Source of the DNA: Gemmatimonadota bacterium
GTDB lineage: Bacteria; Gemmatimonadota; Gemmatimonadetes; Gemmatimonadales; GWC2-71-9
Reading direction: 5' to 3'
Assembly (NCBI GenBank): GCA_039586365.1
Contig: JBDHKN010000037.1
Coordinates: 10,846 to 74,845 of the forward strand
DNA: 64,000 nt
The notes under the pieces were generated by a model that saw nothing but the letters and a program-made list of their open reading frames with translations, was not told where the DNA came from and made no database searches. Below, piece after piece: positions 1-10,074 of this stretch (its first letter is position 1; each line of letters starts with the position of its first letter). Made by a program: the position numbers and the translations under genes.

Positions 1-363
1 GCAGAGCGACAGCTGGCCGCTCGGCCCGATTCCGTTCCACCCCAGCCGCAGGCGACGGTCATTGCCGAGGAATCTCCCGCAACGTCCCTGGATTCTGCTC
101 CGGCAAGAAGCCCGACAACGTTCCAAAGGACGCGCCCGGTCTCGGCCCGGTCCGGAGGCCTGACCGAGATCAGGTGGGCCTCAGATTATGTCAACGTGAG
201 AGAACTCCGTGCAGTAGGTTCGGACATCGTTCGCGTTCTCAGCCCAGGCGAACGTGTCGAGGTCGGACTATCTTGGCAGGGCTGGTGGGCGGTCTTCGTG
301 AACGGGCAGCCGGTGGGGTACGTTGACGGCTCATACCTACAGGACCAGCCTCCTTCTGGCTGA
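1..363 (+). CDS. Partial protein: Pro-rich linker plus C-terminal bacterial SH3 domain
   Basis: Frame +1 is open from base 1 and ends ...DYVNVRELRAVGSDIVRVLSPGERVEVGLSWQGWWAVFVNGQPVGYVDGSYL, an SH3b pattern (VNVR...W..V...GYV); not in the ORF track. Confidence 0.7.
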   Translation, partial: AERQLAARPDSVPPQPQATVIAEESPATSLDSAPARSPTTFQRTRPVSARSGGLTEIRWASDYVNVRELRAVGSDIVRVLSPGERVEVGLSWQGWWAVFVNGQPVGYVDGSYLQDQPPSG

Positions 364-410
364 CACCTCGAGATCACGAGACTGCATCTGCCCGCCGCGC
401 TGTTCCATAC

Positions 411-1793
411 TCATGGGGCACCTTTTTCCAACCTCATCCAGTCCGGCAGATCTGAGGGAATGGGCTTCTTGCCGTAGAAGAGATCATCCATTACAATCGC
501 CAGTCTTCTAAACAGAGCTGAGTTACTCACGCCCCTTCTCACGACGTTGTGGAGCGGGTTGTCCGGGTGGGAATAGGGGCAGACCTTCATGCAACGCGCA
601 CAGTCGGTCCCGATTTGGCACCAGAAGGTGAAACAGGCTTCGGAATTGATCTGCCATCGTATCACGCCCCCGATCTCGACTCTATCAGCGAAGGAGATCG
701 CCCTGCTGGGACAGACGTCGGCGCATTTCCGGCAGTGACTACAGAAGTCGATCACCGTCTCATCCCGACGAGGCTCATCCGCCACGAGGGGAAGATCGGT
801 TGTGACGACAGCAATTCTCACCCGAGGGCCGAGCTCGGGCGTCATCAATAAACCCATGCGACCGATTTCGCCCAGGCCAGCGTCTCTCGCCACCAAGGGA
901 CATACCACACGGTAGTTGCCGTCGATATGAGCCCGTGCTGGATAGCCCAATCTCCGGGAGAAATCGGCAATTTGCACTGCGATGGTACCAGACTCCAGAT
1001 ACTGCTGCGCAGATTCCATCACGGTGGGACTGTGGGGGGCACGATCGAGCATAGCTTTGTCCATCTCGACCGTCAGGGCTATCGCGAACGCATGGTTAAG
1101 CTCAACCGGCTCACCGTATTGCTCACCGCGGCCCACTACGCTGTACAGGTGGTAGTCCCGCAGCTGCGTAACGCCTACTGAGAGTGCGCCGAGTTTGAGC
1201 GCCCATTGTTTGACGAACTTCGTGATCTCTCCAGGATCTGCCACCGCTCTCTCGCTGGCGGTTTCTCCGTCCACGAATGGCCTGAGTCGTTCAATCGTCC
1301 AGAAGCTGGCATCGGCAGCGGGAAAGGCATAGGGATGGTAACCCGTGGCACCCCTGGCCAGCAGCCCTGGTTTATTCCTGAATCTGTCATCGAGGTGCTT
1401 CTTTCCCGGATGCGCCTTGTAGTACTGCTCGAACCTCGCGGAACCCACCTCCAGCAGTCTTCGCGAAAACATGATGTCACGCTCGTCTATGCGGGTCCGC
1501 GGAGTGTCGTCCGCAATCCGGACTTTCCCGCGCATGGGAAGAACGAGAAGCAGTGCGACCACTGCCGTCACAACGAGCAATATCCCAGCGATAGTGTTCT
1601 GGTATTTGAGGTGCAGCATTCCAACCAGCAGGTACGGAAGTGGTAGGAGCAGGACCAGTGTGACAGCGAGCTTGGCAGCTCTCGGCTCGCCCTCCAGCTT
1701 GGACACGATGGCTACGTATAGCAGCAGGACGACCATGAGTGTCCCAACCACAAGGTTGGCGACCTGCAACACGGTAAGTTGGTGCGTCAACAT
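411..1793 (-). CDS. Reductive dehalogenase-like cobalamin/2x[4Fe-4S] protein with N-terminal TM helices
   Basis: Motifs CSHCRKCADVCP and CFTFW..GTDCARCMKVCP, AGLGEIGRMG, GPRVRIAVVTTDLPL; about 3 hydrophobic N-terminal helices; AGGAGG just upstream of the 1793 start. Confidence 0.8.
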   Translation of the reverse strand: MLTHQLTVLQVANLVVGTLMVVLLLYVAIVSKLEGEPRAAKLAVTLVLLLPLPYLLVGMLHLKYQNTIAGILLVVTAVVALLLVLPMRGKVRIADDTPRTRIDERDIMFSRRLLEVGSARFEQYYKAHPGKKHLDDRFRNKPGLLARGATGYHPYAFPAADASFWTIERLRPFVDGETASERAVADPGEITKFVKQWALKLGALSVGVTQLRDYHLYSVVGRGEQYGEPVELNHAFAIALTVEMDKAMLDRAPHSPTVMESAQQYLESGTIAVQIADFSRRLGYPARAHIDGNYRVVCPLVARDAGLGEIGRMGLLMTPELGPRVRIAVVTTDLPLVADEPRRDETVIDFCSHCRKCADVCPSRAISFADRVEIGGVIRWQINSEACFTFWCQIGTDCARCMKVCPYSHPDNPLHNVVRRGVSNSALFRRLAIVMDDLFYGKKPIPSDLPDWMRLEKGAP

Positions 1794-1871
1794 CCCTCCT
1801 GCTTTGAGTGATGCGTTGCCACGATCACTCGACATAGCCTTCACGAGAAGTGGTCTGGTGGTCTTCCAGCG

Positions 1872-3221
1872 CTACGACGATGCGCCATACGTTGCAGCAC
1901 CGGCCAGTTCCAATTCGCCAGTCGCCTGCTGTCGCTCAATCGAGTGCTGCCTCCGTCCCAGCCATAGCCCGATCAACAACCACACCCCCGCCAGCGGTGC
2001 CACGGCGAATGAGATGGCGGCCATGCTCAGCCCCATCCAAGCCACCAAGGTGTATGACCAAGCTGCGATCTGGTCGCCGCTGCGATACACGAATGTGTCG
2101 ATGAGACTCTTGGCCTTGTACCTGTCCTCTCTACTCACGACTGTGTACAGGGTCTCACGTGTGGGCCTGGCCACAGCGAACTCTCCTGCTCTCCGCAACA
2201 CCTGGAAGACGACCAGTATCGCTAGGGTCGGGACCAGACCAAAGGCAGTGAAGCCGACCATGCAAAGAGCGGGCAGCAACGCGAGCGTTGCTGCAACGCC
2301 CAGCGCCTTTATGATCCGTCCGGTCAAGAAGACTTGCGTCACAATGGCCAGCCCGTTCACGGCGAAGTCCAGCTTCGCAAAGAACGCGGTCCTTGCGGCG
2401 CGGTCCAGGAAGTACTGATCGGCGATCTGGGCTTGGTGGAAGTACAAAGTGGTGGAAGCCAACGTGTACATCAGCATGTAGCCGCAGATCCCCAGCAGAT
2501 ATGGCGACCGAGCGACATGGGAAAATCCCGCTAACATGGTACCGCCGATCGGTCGTTCTTCATCTGCCTCAGTTCCTCGTGCTCGCCGGAGATTGACAAA
2601 CAAGTCCGACAGCCGGCGGACGAAGAGCACAGCCATTTCCAACAGCATTGCCGAGATGAGCAACAGGTTAGCCGCACCAAGTCGCTGGACGAGAAACGCG
2701 GTTATTGCAGCACCGAACAGCCCACCTAGGGTTCCTCCGACTCCAATGAAGCCGAATAGTCGCTTACTCTGTTCTGTGCGAAACACGTCCGCCATGAAGG
2801 CCCAGAATATGGAAACCACAAACAGATTGAACACGCTGGTCCAGACGAACAAGGTCCTGCCAATCCAGATCTCGTATGGCTCGGGCAACACGTTCAATGC
2901 GACGAAGAAGATGACCAGATTTGCCATGAAGAACCGGTACGTCATGGAGACAAATCGCCTCCGAGAGAACCTCATCACTAGTCCCGCAAAGATGGGGTTC
3001 AAGATCAGCATCGAGATCAGCGTACCGGTGAAGAGCCACGGGAGGTTGCGCACGCCGCCAGCCACACCCATCTCGTCGCGGATGGGGCGGATCACGTAGT
3101 AGGCGGACAGGATGCAGAAGAAGTAGGCGCCCGACAGAATCAGCGCACGAATCTCGCTATCCCGCACATCTACGATGCGCTGCAGAACGCGGCTCAGAGT
3201 TCCGCCCGGATTGGAAGACAT
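1872..3221 (-). CDS. MFS transporter, Npt1/TLC nucleotide-translocase-like family
   Basis: About 12 TM segments; YYVIRPIRD, FWAFMADVF, RETLYTVV..EDRYKAKSLIDTFVYR motifs. Confidence 0.8.
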   Translation of the reverse strand: MSSNPGGTLSRVLQRIVDVRDSEIRALILSGAYFFCILSAYYVIRPIRDEMGVAGGVRNLPWLFTGTLISMLILNPIFAGLVMRFSRRRFVSMTYRFFMANLVIFFVALNVLPEPYEIWIGRTLFVWTSVFNLFVVSIFWAFMADVFRTEQSKRLFGFIGVGGTLGGLFGAAITAFLVQRLGAANLLLISAMLLEMAVLFVRRLSDLFVNLRRARGTEADEERPIGGTMLAGFSHVARSPYLLGICGYMLMYTLASTTLYFHQAQIADQYFLDRAARTAFFAKLDFAVNGLAIVTQVFLTGRIIKALGVAATLALLPALCMVGFTAFGLVPTLAILVVFQVLRRAGEFAVARPTRETLYTVVSREDRYKAKSLIDTFVYRSGDQIAAWSYTLVAWMGLSMAAISFAVAPLAGVWLLIGLWLGRRQHSIERQQATGELELAGAATYGASS

Positions 3222-3254
3222 GCGCCCGATGAAGAGCCGATCTCGTTCCCTAGT

Positions 3255-3908
3255 TCATGGATAGAGACGTACGACTTGCCAGTCGCCGTCGACCCTCTGG
3301 TAACACAAGCGATCGTGCAGGCGGTTGAGACGGCCCTGCCAGAACTCAATCCGCTGAGGTCTCAGCCTGAACCCGCCCCAGAAGTCCGGGAGCGGGATGT
3401 CACCACCCTCGAATCGGCGTTCGTACTCCAGGAAACTCTGCTCCAATTCCATGCGACTGCCGAGTACAGAACTCTGCTTGGATGCCCAGGCCCCGATGCG
3501 GCTCCCCCTGGGCCGCGACCGAAAGTAGGCTTCAGATTCCCGTTGCGCGATCTTCGCGACAGCTCCCTCCACCCTCACCTGCCGCTGCAGAGTGGGCCAA
3601 TGGAAGACTAGAGCGGCCTGCTTACTGTCAATCAGCTCAGTAGCTTTTCTACTCTCATAGTTGGTGTAGAAGACGAACCCTTCGCTATCTACCCCTTTCA
3701 ACAACATCATGCGTGCCGAAGGAGCACCATCCTTCGTGCAGGTCGCCAGAGTCATGGCTTCAGGAAGGAACAGACCTGCTTGCTTGGCACTGGCATACCA
3801 CTGCTTGAATAGGGCGATAGGATCATCGGCTGTGGTCAGCTGGGGTAGACCGCCGACCATTCCCTGTCCCAAGGTGATAAGCGCCCGCAACTTCGCAATC
3901 AATGACAT
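3255..3908 (-). CDS. pdxH: Pyridoxamine 5'-phosphate oxidase
   Basis: PSARMMLLKG, FYTNYESRK, RQVRVEG, EFWQGRLNRLHDR motifs. Confidence 0.95.
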   Translation of the reverse strand: MSLIAKLRALITLGQGMVGGLPQLTTADDPIALFKQWYASAKQAGLFLPEAMTLATCTKDGAPSARMMLLKGVDSEGFVFYTNYESRKATELIDSKQAALVFHWPTLQRQVRVEGAVAKIAQRESEAYFRSRPRGSRIGAWASKQSSVLGSRMELEQSFLEYERRFEGGDIPLPDFWGGFRLRPQRIEFWQGRLNRLHDRLCYQRVDGDWQVVRLYP

Positions 3909-4066
3909 ACTGAATCTGGCCTATGGCTTTCAGGTTCTCCGAGACGTCCGTGGCTCCCAATAGATGGTGTCAAAGTTCACTCCGTTTGCGTGGTTGCCTC
4001 AATCTAACAGTCCCCGTTGTCCGTACCGGAGCATGTCACGGTCGAAGGGAGATGTAGGAGCGCAGC

Positions 4067-5176
4067 TCATGCTACTGCGTCGACTTCGATCTCAAACAAC
4101 AGATCGTCACGACATATGACGCCTTGGGTGAGCGCCAGCGGTAGGCCAGATAGTCCGTGCTCCTGGCAGTGGGAATCGAACACGGGTCGATCGCCAAGAT
4201 CTTTGAAATAGGCAATCCCTCTCGACACGTTGCGCCAGTTCATGCCCCGGGAGGAGAGTATGGCCTCGACCACCTCCATGGTCAGCGATATCTGGCCCGC
4301 AACATCACCCACGTGAGCCGTTTCCCCATGTGGTGCGATGCTCGCGGTGCCTGAGACGAATAGTCTTCGGCGATCCCCCCACTTGATCTCGGCTGCGCGA
4401 CTGAAGGAACTCCGGTAGTCGCTGGCAGGACACTGTAGCGGCGAAGGTATCGCCTCCGCCCGTACCTCCCTCCTAGCACCTCTCATCGCGACGCACGCGG
4501 CGACTACCGCATGACGGGCCGGATTTGATACGCCTATCCCTGTGCTCGCCGGCATCCTGCCCTTGGTAATGCCCCGGTTCTCAAAGAACTCCCAGCGCAC
4601 CGTATTGAAGTCGCTGTACCAGTTCAGAATGTCGTCGATGTACAGCCAGGTCCGCACCACATCAGTGAAGTCCATTCCAACCAGCTGCAGTACCTCCTCC
4701 AGTTCCCGGAATGTCGCCCGCGCCTGTACCGCATTCGCCGCCGACGAATCGGGTGCCGATACTCCGCCGACATGGCAAAGGCGTACATCGTCGTCCCAGT
4801 ATGCTGTCCCCACAACGCGCTCTTCGAGTTCCAGTGTCTGCACGCTGACGCCGCGCACCGCTGACATCTGGGTGCACACGAAAGAGGGACCGCCGTCGAT
4901 CCAAGTCACGGGCCACGCGATCGTCCCCACCGCTTGCTCGAGTGCCGCTAGACCTGGTGCAGCCAGTTCCGGAGCCCCGAACACAGTCTGCGACAGCGGC
5001 TGCAGTTTCTTGTCGCTCACCGTCCTGGCAAGATCCTCAAACATGGCAGCGAGGGCGCTGGGCGCCACAGGACACGAGGTCAGGTGTGCCGTCTCGAAGC
5101 CGCCGTCACGCGACGTGACAACAGTCAGGCCGGTCGACGTTTCTACCAACAGTGGTGGTCGATGGTCAGTTACCAT
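4067..5176 (-). CDS. RidA/YjgF-fold (chorismatase FkbO/Hyg5-like) tandem-domain protein
   Basis: DVVRTWLYI, PASTGIG, SFSRA, FVSGTASI, ICRDDLLFEIE motifs. Confidence 0.8.
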   Translation of the reverse strand: MVTDHRPPLLVETSTGLTVVTSRDGGFETAHLTSCPVAPSALAAMFEDLARTVSDKKLQPLSQTVFGAPELAAPGLAALEQAVGTIAWPVTWIDGGPSFVCTQMSAVRGVSVQTLELEERVVGTAYWDDDVRLCHVGGVSAPDSSAANAVQARATFRELEEVLQLVGMDFTDVVRTWLYIDDILNWYSDFNTVRWEFFENRGITKGRMPASTGIGVSNPARHAVVAACVAMRGARREVRAEAIPSPLQCPASDYRSSFSRAAEIKWGDRRRLFVSGTASIAPHGETAHVGDVAGQISLTMEVVEAILSSRGMNWRNVSRGIAYFKDLGDRPVFDSHCQEHGLSGLPLALTQGVICRDDLLFEIEVDAVA

Positions 5177-5431
5177 GACTCATTTGCACGTACGGTTCCC
5201 CGAGATTCGGCAAGGCTGTTGCCTCCGAGCCGACACTACCTCTTCCAACGCGTCGGCCCGACTGAGGTGCACGCGAATTCGCAGGCCGACCATCATGCTC
5301 GGGAAGAATAACCTCCCTCCTCCATCTCGCACACTACATCGATACAGTCGCGCGCTTCCAGCGACGGAACATCCTTACTGTGCCGTTGGCCGGCTGGTAA
5401 CTTAGCAGCGCATAGCAACAAGGAGATCGTC

Positions 5432-5890
5432 ATGCAGAGAAAGCTGCTCGGGGCTACCGTCCTCGCCATCGTGTTGCCGGTCTGCCTGCAAGCACAACAA
5501 TGGTCCCCCGCACAGCAAGCGGTGTGGCGGGGTGTTGAGTCGTACTGGGGCTTGTTTGCGAAGGAAGATATCGACGGGTTTCTCTCCCAGCTCCACGACG
5601 ACTTCAGCGGCTGGTCCTACGGTGCCGCGTTGCCGCGCACCAAAGCGGACATGGAGCAATCACTGACACACGATTTTGCGACGTCGGAGACAATCATCTA
5701 CGATATCAAACCCGTAGCGATCAAGCTGCACGGTGATGTTGCGATTGTGCACTACTACTTCAGCCGAACGTACCTGGACACCAATGGCGACCATCACACC
5801 GCGACCGGGCGCTGGACGGACATACTCATCCGCCAGGGAGATCGTTGGATAATGATTGGCGATCACGGGGGAGCTGGCACCGGTGCGTGA
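5432..5890 (+). CDS. Secreted NTF2/DUF4440-like protein
   Basis: Signal peptide; GDVAIVHYYF...GRWTDIL...W.MIGDHGG; AAGGAG RBS. Confidence 0.8.
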   Translation: MQRKLLGATVLAIVLPVCLQAQQWSPAQQAVWRGVESYWGLFAKEDIDGFLSQLHDDFSGWSYGAALPRTKADMEQSLTHDFATSETIIYDIKPVAIKLHGDVAIVHYYFSRTYLDTNGDHHTATGRWTDILIRQGDRWIMIGDHGGAGTGA

Positions 5891-6020
5891 ACGGAGATTC
5901 GACACCCACACGCCAAACGCCTGGTAGATGCCCGGGCGTTTGGCCGTCCGTTTCGGAATCCTCGGTGCAGACAGTGCACGGGAGCCCTCCCTGCACCACG
6001 TCAGCTCAACAAGGCCGAAT

Positions 6021-7157
6021 CTAGCTGCTCCGAGCACTAGAGAGAGGATTCCCGCCCGAGGTGTCCGGCAGGAACTCTTTGAAGGCCACCCCGTATATGT
6101 CCCACACGGTCACGAACAACGCCGCGACGATCGGTCCGATGATGAAGCCAACAGCACCAAATAGTAGGATGCCACCCAACGTACTCAGCAGAATCATCAG
6201 ATCGGACATCTTGGTGTCTTTGCCGACGAGCCGCGGTCGGAGCACATTGTCCAACGTCCCGACGACGAGCGCACACCAGAGCGTGAGACCGACGGCAGCC
6301 GCAAGCTTCCCCGCAGCTAACAGGTATATCACCGCCGGCACCCAGACCAGAGCAGCGCCGACTCCAGGAATGACAGACAGGACTGCCATCACGGTTCCCC
6401 AGAAGGCCGCTCCCCCAAGCCCGGCCACCAAGAAGCCCAGTCCCGCCAATCCACCTTGGAGAATCCCGATAACCAGCGTGCCCTTGAGAGTCGCTCGTGC
6501 CACCGAAACGAACTTCTCAACCATCCTATCCTCTTCTTTGGGCGCCAACGGCATGTAGTAGAGAATGCGATTCAGAATCGAGCCCCCATCTATCAAGAAG
6601 AAGAACATCGCATAAAGCATGATCAGGAGCTGAAACAGAAACCACACCGTTCCCTTTGTTGCTGCCGTAACACTATTCACGAGAAACGTGCCTACGCTGC
6701 TGGTCAATTCACCGACTTTGCCGATTATCTGATCCTGAAAGGGCTCCAGTCGCTCAACTAACGGAATGCGTTGGAGCCATCTGTCAACCGCGTCCGGTCG
6801 ACTTACCTCCTGCTCGATCCAGGGCCCCACAGATTGACTCACATCAACTGCCTGCGAGGTAACTACTCCCAAGAAGCCGGTAATTGGAATCACGATCACA
6901 AGCAGGACAATGAAGATCGTGGTCGCTGCGGCCAGCCCGCGCTTGTTCTTGAAGGCGCTCAGCAAACGACTATAGAGAGGATGTGTCATGCCAGTGAAGA
7001 TCCCGGCCAGTAAAACGGCCATCAGAAACCGTCGAATCATCATGATGAACACGACCGAAATGGCTATCGCTAGGAGGATCAAGAAACCCTTCGCGAACTT
7101 GTCCCGAGTCTGATCTGGCGGACTCATGCGTAACTCCGAAATTTGGGGGTGAATCAT
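6021..7157 (-). CDS. AI-2E family transporter
   Basis: MFFFLIDG, DNVLRPRLVG, GFIIGP motifs; polytopic. Confidence 0.9.
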   Translation of the reverse strand: MIHPQISELRMSPPDQTRDKFAKGFLILLAIAISVVFIMMIRRFLMAVLLAGIFTGMTHPLYSRLLSAFKNKRGLAAATTIFIVLLVIVIPITGFLGVVTSQAVDVSQSVGPWIEQEVSRPDAVDRWLQRIPLVERLEPFQDQIIGKVGELTSSVGTFLVNSVTAATKGTVWFLFQLLIMLYAMFFFLIDGGSILNRILYYMPLAPKEEDRMVEKFVSVARATLKGTLVIGILQGGLAGLGFLVAGLGGAAFWGTVMAVLSVIPGVGAALVWVPAVIYLLAAGKLAAAVGLTLWCALVVGTLDNVLRPRLVGKDTKMSDLMILLSTLGGILLFGAVGFIIGPIVAALFVTVWDIYGVAFKEFLPDTSGGNPLSSARSS

Positions 7158-7269
7158 CGCGCGCCGCGAGCACTTGTCGCCTAAGGATGCACATCAGATG
7201 GAGCCAAGCAAAGTGGGACACGGATCCGATGCCCTGTCCCACCTCATGCACAGCACCGCGTGCGGACTG

Positions 7270-8823
7270 CTAACCGAATGTGATCCCCTGCGCCAGCGGC
7301 AGCTCCGTGCTCCAGTTCACGGTGTTTGTCTGACGCCGCATATAGGCCTTCCAGGCATCCGACCCCGACTCTCGACCACCACCCGTTTCCTTCTCCCCAC
7401 CGAAAGCACCACCGATTTCGGCACCACTCGTTCCGATATTCACATTCGCGATTCCGCAATCGCTGCCCCTAGCCGATAGGAAGTACTCCGCCTCACGCAA
7501 ATGCTCGGTGAAGATCGCCGAGGACAAACCTTGCGGCACAGCATTGTGGAGGTCAACAGCCTCCCCGATTTCATCAACCGCTTGTTTCGGTGAAGACGAT
7601 GCAGATCCGTATCCGATGATATAGAGGATCGGCGCAAAAGTCTCCTCTTGCACGATTTGATACTCGTTCCTAGCCGCCGCCACGCACGGCTTCACGTAGT
7701 GACCTCCAGGAAAGCCTGGGCCATCCAACGACTCGCCGCCGTAGAGAATCTCACCGCCCTCTTCAAGGACGCGCTTGATGGCGTTTTGTAGGTCGGAGAC
7801 AGCGTCGCGAGTGACCAAGGGACCCATCAGCGTTTCCGGCTTGCGAGGGTCGCCGATTCTAATGTCGTGGTATGCTGCAACGAGGCGAGAGACCAACTCT
7901 TCTTTGATCGACTCGTGGACTATGATCCGGCGCGTACTGGTGCACCGCTGACCCGCGGTACCAACGGCTCCGAATAGGATCGCAGGAAGCACCAGATCCA
8001 TATTGGCATGGGGTGTCACGATGATCGCGTTGTTGCCGCCCAACTCGAGAATCGTGCGACCCAAGCGCTTACCGACCACCGCGCCGACTCGGTATCCCAT
8101 TTGGCAGCTGCCAGTGGCGGACACCAGCGGTATGCGACTGTCATGTAACAGCTTGTCACCGACAGTCGATCCCTTCCCCACAATTAGTGAGAAGATCGCC
8201 GGATTCACGCCGTTCGCTCTGCAAACTTGCTCAGCGATCTTGGTGCAGGCAACTGCTGTAAGGGGCGTCTGACTCGACGGCTTCCACAGTGTGCTGTCAC
8301 CGCACACTGCCGCGAGAGCGGCATTCCAGCTCCAAACCGCCACCGGGAAATTGAAGGCACTGATCACAGCCACGACCCCGAGGGGATGCCATTGCTCGAA
8401 CATCCTGTGGTCTGGCCGCTCCGACTTCATCGTGAGTCCATATAGCTGACGCGAAAGGCCTGTGGCAAAGTCGCAGATGTCTATCATCTCCTGAACTTCA
8501 CCCTCCCCCTCAGCGATGATCTTGCCCATCTCAAGGGTCACGAGGGCCCCAAGCTCCTGCTTGACTTCACGCAGCCGATTGCCCAGTTGGCGGACCACTT
8601 CGCCTCGTTTGGGGGCCGGTATGGTTCGCCACTCTAAGAAGGCCCGCTGGGCTTCAGCTACGATTCGGTCGTATTCACCCTCGGTGACTTGCTTGACGCT
8701 GGCTATCGCAGATCCGTCGATTGGAGTGACGACCTGGGAGTCGGGGCCGGAGCCGATCCATTCACCACCGAAGCCACCCAAGTTGACGTCCCTTATGCCA
8801 AGTGTCCTGAGAAAGTCAGACAT
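7270..8823 (-). CDS. Aldehyde dehydrogenase family 7 (piperideine-6-carboxylate/alpha-aminoadipate semialdehyde dehydrogenase-like)
   Basis: SAFNFPVAV, LELGGNN, TAGQRCT, EETFAP, GAFGGEKETGGGRESGSDAWKAYMRRQT. Confidence 0.92.
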   Translation of the reverse strand: MSDFLRTLGIRDVNLGGFGGEWIGSGPDSQVVTPIDGSAIASVKQVTEGEYDRIVAEAQRAFLEWRTIPAPKRGEVVRQLGNRLREVKQELGALVTLEMGKIIAEGEGEVQEMIDICDFATGLSRQLYGLTMKSERPDHRMFEQWHPLGVVAVISAFNFPVAVWSWNAALAAVCGDSTLWKPSSQTPLTAVACTKIAEQVCRANGVNPAIFSLIVGKGSTVGDKLLHDSRIPLVSATGSCQMGYRVGAVVGKRLGRTILELGGNNAIIVTPHANMDLVLPAILFGAVGTAGQRCTSTRRIIVHESIKEELVSRLVAAYHDIRIGDPRKPETLMGPLVTRDAVSDLQNAIKRVLEEGGEILYGGESLDGPGFPGGHYVKPCVAAARNEYQIVQEETFAPILYIIGYGSASSSPKQAVDEIGEAVDLHNAVPQGLSSAIFTEHLREAEYFLSARGSDCGIANVNIGTSGAEIGGAFGGEKETGGGRESGSDAWKAYMRRQTNTVNWSTELPLAQGITFG

Positions 8824-8888
8824 TACCTCAACTCGCTGTTTTTCGTGGTTGGCAGAACGCGAAGCTCCAAGGTCTGAATGCTGCGCCA

Positions 8889-8994
8889 GAAAACTGGCCG
8901 AAATGATTCTACCAGTTTTCGTGCAACGAGGCCACGGTATCGTGGGCGACGTTGTGCCAATTTCTGTAATTGCCTGTTCTGTAACAGGTTACAG
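8889..8994. promoter_or_regulatory. Palindromic operator candidates upstream of the ALDH gene
   Basis: GAAAACTGG-N14-CCAGTTTTC (8889-8920) and CTGTAAC-AG-GTTACAG (8979-8994). Confidence 0.45.
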
Positions 8995-9146
8995 TATTGC
9001 CCCAGATTTGTTGGGTCGTGGAACGTCCTACATTGAGGACGCTTGCGGGAGGCCAACCACCACGGGCTGCCAGCTGGAGTGTGACCTTCGCCACAGATGA
9101 GGGTCAGGGGGAGGCGGTATGGTGCCGCGAGCAGAGGGGGTGCTGC

Positions 9147-9299
9147 ATGACAACCTACGCCACTATGGTATGGCTTGGATTCTGGATAGGCTTGACGCTG
9201 GCCTCGACGGCTGCCGCACTTGTGGCCGTCGATTGGGTCTCATGGTACCTAGGCCGTCGGCGCCCCCGCTCCAGCCGCTGTAGATCACCCCAGTTCTGA
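9147..9299 (+). CDS. Small membrane protein (hypothetical)
   Basis: Purine-rich RBS, one long hydrophobic segment, basic tail. Confidence 0.3.
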   Translation: MTTYATMVWLGFWIGLTLASTAAALVAVDWVSWYLGRRRPRSSRCRSPQF

Positions 9300-9550
9300 T
9301 CGGGAGATCTGTCAGACTTCGGCTCCGTTCGGGGGTGCCCCCGTCGACGTTCTCACCTCCTGCGACGTAACACAACACAGCCGGGAAACACGGCCCCCTC
9401 CAGCGATCCCGACACCCAGGCATATTCACACGTGGCACCACTGACAGCTCGTCAGGCCGCTTCCAAGTCGTGCCGGACTTATTGCCCCATCTCCCGACTC
9501 GGTTTACGTTGGTCGATCTGTCACAGCTACGACATGCATGAGGTTGTTTC

Positions 9551-9772
9551 TTGAGGCCCGACACCTGGCACCCTCCGAAGGCCTTTCTCACTTGGCTGAC
9601 AGCCGGAGTGACTCTGTTCGCGGTGGTCGCCGTCGCCCTGACTACCGCATATCTGCTGACCTTTCTCTCCCGAGGCAAGCTCCCGCCAATCACGCCCTCA
9701 GCCATCTGGTTGCTCTACACCGCAGTAGCTGTCACTGGAGGCAAGGCCTGGAACGAGTGGCGCAAGGAATAG
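9551..9772 (+). CDS. Small two-TM hypothetical protein
   Basis: Two hydrophobic helices; GAGG upstream of TTG. Confidence 0.45.
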   Translation: MRPDTWHPPKAFLTWLTAGVTLFAVVAVALTTAYLLTFLSRGKLPPITPSAIWLLYTAVAVTGGKAWNEWRKE

Positions 9773-10074
9773 CGCAGCGTGTCACTCCGTTCGCAGACGT
9801 AGCATTCTTGGAAACAACACCGTGAGCATCACTAACGGCAGCTTCGTCACGAAGCGAGCACCTGGATGCTTTGGCGGCTGCTGATCCCCGAACTCCGACA
9901 GCAGGGGCTGTGACATTAGCACTCGATGAACGGAAGGGGCTCCCAACGGACGGGCGGCGAACCGGACGTGGCCCGATCAATCAGAGTGAACCCCGAAAGA
10001 CATGAAGGAAGCCGCTGAAGCCTGTGGAACAACTACGACCCGCGGCTCAGCACGTACGTCTCACTATGCCGACC

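Noticed and set aside
5890..5920. tRNA-like TTCGA segment
   Set aside because: No cloverleaf can be folded
8945..8960. Sigma-54 promoter TGGCAC...TCGC (minus strand)
   Set aside because: GG-GC spacing is one base short of consensus
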